Positions 59,971-64,000 of a stretch of DNA of 64,000 bases are shown here, piece after piece; position 1 is the stretch's first letter; the number at the start of each line of letters is the position of its first letter. The notes below the pieces were generated by a model that worked only from the letters and a program-made list of their open reading frames with translations, was not told where the DNA came from and made no database searches. Where the stretch lies: positions 3,162,001-3,226,000 of the forward strand of contig OX597838.1 in the NCBI GenBank assembly GCA_951406725.2. The letters are read 5' to 3'. A program made the translations under genes and the position numbers. Source of the stretch: Octopus vulgaris (taxonomy: Eukaryota).

Positions 59971-60477
59971 CCAGCCTCGTCTGGCTCCCGTGCCGGTGAC
60001 ACGTAAAAGCACCGTCCGCTCGTGGCCGTTTGCCAGCTCTGTCTGGCAACCGTGTCGGTGGCACGTAAAAGCACCATCTGTTCGCGTCCGTTGCCAGCCT
60101 CGGATGGCCCCCGTGCCGGTGACACGTAAAAGCACCGTCCGTTCGTGGCCGGTTGCCAGCTCTGTCTGGCCCCGTGTCGGTGGCACGTAAAAGCACCATC
60201 CGTTCGTGTCCGTTGCCAGCATCGCCTGGCCCCGTGCCGGTGACACGTAAAAGCACCATCCATTCGTGGCCGTTCGCCAGCTCTGTCTGGCACCTGTGCA
60301 GGTGGCACGTAAAAAACACCCACTACACTCGCGGAGTGGTTGGCGTTAGGAAGGGCATCCAGCCGTAGAAACACTGCCAGATCTGACTGGGCCTGACGAA
60401 GCCTTCCAGCTTCACAGACCCCAGTTGACCCGTCCAACCCATGCTAGCATGGAAAACGGACGCTAGACGATGATGAT
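59505..60477 (+). mobile_element. Two tandem 3' fragments of the RTE-like family, each with a 61-62 bp minisatellite and (GAT)n tail, separated by (TA)n
   Basis: Units with cacgtaaaagcacc near 60001, 60062, 60123, 60184, 60244; shared terminal gcatggaaaacggacgcta..gatgatga. Confidence 0.75.
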
Positions 60478-61232
60478 ATACATATATATATATATACCTA
60501 CACACATACACACACACACACACACACACTAAGAAGGAGAGTCAGGTCTGTAACCAAAGAGAGAGAGAGAGAGAGAATGAAGGAGAGTGTGGTAGATGAG
60601 TTTCAGTGAGTGGCTTCCACTCCTCCTTTTGGTGAATCATACTCAATCTAACTTCCTCTCTGATGTCACTCATCCTACCCTGATTTTACCTGGGTTACAA
60701 TCCCGCTTAGAGACTTAGACTCGTTAATCATGTTGGCTAACTCATCCTCAACTGCAAATATACATACATTGTATATATGTGTGTATGTGTGTGTGTGTAT
60801 GTATGTATATATATATATATGTGTGTGTGTGTGTATGTATATACATATATATATATACATACATGCATATATATTCATACATACATGTATAGATATATGT
60901 GTGTATATATACGTATTTATGTATTTATATGTATTGTATATATGTTTATACATATGTATATGTATGTGTGTGTATATATATATATATATACACACACATA
61001 TATACATATACACACATACACATACATATACACACACATATATATATATATACACATACACATACATATACACATATATATACACACACATACACACATG
61101 CATGTATATATATACATGATAAATGTACATGTGTATATGCACATATGTATATGTAAATATATATTTGTTTGCGTGTATGTGTGAGAAAAAGGGAGAGAGA
61201 GAGAGAGAGTATACACAGACACACATACACAT

Positions 61233-61278
<46 letters not shown>

Positions 61279-61873
61279 GTACATTCACACTTATACGCAT
61301 ATACACACGTTCACGTACATGCAGGTTAGTCAAGAGGGGAAGGGCAGTGCCCCCAAAAGCTATCTGTGGGGCCACCAAGTCTGTGGGGGCAGAGAAAGGC
61401 AAAGGAAGGTGAAGAAATTGCTACTCATGACTTCCTGCAGTTAGAAGCAATGGCGGAAGATATTGAGTTATTCTCAGAATCTGTAGAATCGGTCTAACGA
61501 ATTGTTGCAGGATGGTCTTGGTTAAAGGCATGCATTAATTAATATGTGTCACTTGGACATGATGGAAAATGGGTATCAGGGATTAGGGGTACACTAAGCC
61601 CCAACAAGCTGGGACTGGGTAGGTGGGACAAAGCACTGGAAGCCATCTCTGTGAATTAAAAAGAAGCGGAATCATAGTCTCCCTGGATACCATCTTCTTC
61701 TTTCAATCAGTGACACACACACACACGTGCTCACACACACTCACACACACACAAAAATATATGTATATGTACTAATATACACAATCTACACACATGAGAC
61801 ACAGGTGCATGTACACATGTAAGGACATGCACACACACACATGCATATATATTTATATGTGTACGTATGTGTG

Positions 61874-61932
<59 letters not shown>

Positions 61933-62083
61933 ATATATGTGTGTGTGTGTGTGTGTGGAGGTGCAATGGCCCAGTGGTTATGGCAGCGGACTTGCGGTCG
62001 TAGGATCGTGGTTTCGATTCCCAGACCGGGCGTTGTGAGTGTTTATTGAGCGAAAACACGTAAAAGCTCCACGAGGCTCTGGC

Positions 62084-62120
62084 GATTTGGCTGATATACC
62101 CTCCAGTCTTCATCAGGGCA
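62084..62120 (-). ncRNA. Inverted, truncated copy of the same hammerhead motif
   Basis: Reverse complement reads tgccCTGATGAagactggagggtatatcagccAAAtc, near-identical to 62313-62345 but GAAA damaged. Confidence 0.65.
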
Positions 62121-62186
62121 TATTGTGTAGTGGTTAAGAGCACTGGCTACTAACCCCAAGATTCCAAGTTTGATTCCAGGCAGTGA

Positions 62187-62246
<60 letters not shown>

Positions 62247-62307
62247 TAATAATAATAACATTGAAAAATACCTTAGGAATGAGAACCCAGGTTCGAAATT
62301 TCCCCAA

Positions 62308-62353
62308 GACACCTGATGAAGGCTAGAGGGTATAACAGCCGAAACGTTGTGTT
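62308..62353 (+). ncRNA. Minimal type-I hammerhead ribozyme motif (Penelope/retrozyme type)
   Basis: gacac-CTGATGA-a-ggct[agagggtataac]agcc-GAAAC-GTT-gtgtt: intact core, stem I gacac/gtgtt, stem II ggct/agcc, self-complementary AACGTT stem III. Confidence 0.75.
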
Positions 62354-63784
62354 AACAACAAACAAGATGAGGACAAATATCTGTCAAATGTTAATATTGT
62401 AAATAATGCACATAATTCCTCATCTCTTCAATATGGTCGCATCGCAACCCCCTTCAGTCATGAATGACCATGGGATTGCACCTACAAATTACCCTCCCAG
62501 GCACAAGTCTGGTTGTTTTATGAAAGACCAGCAGTTGCCCATGCATACCAGCCTCTCTCTCTCCACACCACTGATGTTATCCAAGAGAAAGGCAAAGGGG
62601 CCGATACAGCTTGGCACCAGTGATGTCGCAATTCATTTCTACAGCTGAGTGAACTGGAGCAACGTGAAATAAAATGTCTTGCTCAAGAACACAACACACA
62701 GCTCCATCCGGGAATTGAACTCACAACCTCACGATTGTAAGCTGAATGCTCTAACCACTGAGCCATGCACCTTCATATAGAACTTCAACAATAATTGTTT
62801 CAACACATGGTTAAACATCAGGAATTTTGCAACACAAATTCATAAAAGTGAAACTGGTTCTACTTATACAATGCGCAAAATATGTTAACAATAGGCGCAG
62901 GAGTGGCTGTGTGGTAAGTAGCTTGCTAACCAACCACATGGTTCCGGGTTCAGTCCCACTGAGGAAACTTGCTTAACAACCACATGGTTCCGAGTTCAGT
63001 CCCACTGCGTGGCTCCTTGGGCAAGTGTCTGATACTATAGCTTCGGGCTGACCAAAGCTTTGTGAGTGGATTTGGTAGATGGAAACTGAGAGAAGCCCGT
63101 CGCGTATATATATATATATATGTATGTATATATATATATATATGTGTTTGTGTGTCTGTGTTTGTCCCCACAACATCGCTTGACACAACCGATGCTGGTG
63201 TGTTTACATCCCCATAACTTAGCAGTTCGGCAAAAGAGACCGATAGAATAAGTACTAGGCTTACAAAGAATAAGCTCTGGGGTAGATTTGCTCGACTATA
63301 AAGGCGGTGCTCCAGCATGGCCAGCATGTCAAATGACTGAAACGAGTAAGAGAGTAAAGAGAGTAAAAAAGAGAGGAGGACTCGAGGAAGATGTGGGTGG
63401 AGGTAATGAGGACATGCTACATGTGTGTTTGTGTGCGTGCGTGCGTGCGTGCGTGTGTACTTGTATGCGTTTCTCTGTGTGCGTGCGTGTGTGTATGTGC
63501 AATTGTAGGTGTGTGAGGGTGAGAGGATGTGTGGGTGTAGAATCCCCCCCCCCCCTCATCATTATCGCCATTGTTTCAACATCCACTTCCTTCCTTCTTC
63601 TGATTCAGGAGTGAAGCTGGGCCAACAAGAGCAGCTGAACAGTCATTCATAAAGCTGGGCCTCTTCGTTTCTAGCATCTACCATCTGTCCAGGATCCTGC
63701 TGCCATCTGTATGTGTGGCATACGTTTCATATATGGTATGCATGGTATATATGTGTGTATGTATCTGCCTCTTTATTTATCTCC

Positions 63785-63829
<45 letters not shown>

Positions 63830-64000
63830 AATATATATACTCTTTTACTCTTTTACTTGTTTCAGTCATTTTGACTGCGGCCATGCTGGAGCACCGCCTT
63901 TAGTCGAGCAAATCGACCCCGGGACTCATTCTTTGTAAGCCCAGTACTTAGTCTATCGGTCTCTTTTGCCGAACCGCTAAGTTACGGGGACATAAACAAA

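Noticed and set aside
59505-60320. Regularly spaced ~61-bp repeats resembling a CRISPR array
   Set aside because: The 'spacers' are themselves repeated, no cas genes, eukaryotic context; it is an RTE 3' UTR minisatellite.

Overview
AT-rich, microsatellite- and retroposon-dense eukaryotic genomic DNA; the repeat families and (TA)n/(CA)n/(GATA)n density suggest a cephalopod (Octopus-like) genome (inference). Nearly all ORFs in the supplied track are microsatellite artefacts. The one host gene I can reconstruct is a minus-strand, 9-exon heterotrimeric G-protein alpha subunit: CDS join(51666..51543, 15390..15299, 13896..13804, 13560..13400, 11742..11614, 10240..10111, 8868..8797, 8035..7948, 7158..6968), 1080 nt = 359 aa + stop, all introns GT-AG and phase-compatible, intron 1 = 36,152 nt. 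Diagnostic motifs ([43 protein letters not shown], KENLxAxxLL) identify it as G-alpha-v (GNAV), the little-studied fifth G-alpha class. Introns and flanks carry modular tRNA-derived SINEs, RTE/CR1/Tx1-like LINE fragments, mariner/pogo/piggyBac-like DNA transposon remnants and a probable solo LTR. The most notable unannotated signal is a set of at least eight minimal type-I hammerhead-ribozyme-like motifs of the Penelope/retrozyme type, including one in a tRNA-headed element, some with palindromic stem III, and three with a recurrent CCGANGA core variant; three lie in sense orientation in Gv intron 1. Also noted: a TSD-flanked twin-priming-type RTE inversion, a TSD-flanked chimeric SINE+flank insertion, paired perfect CRE sites, and several possible alternative-splicing features of Gv.
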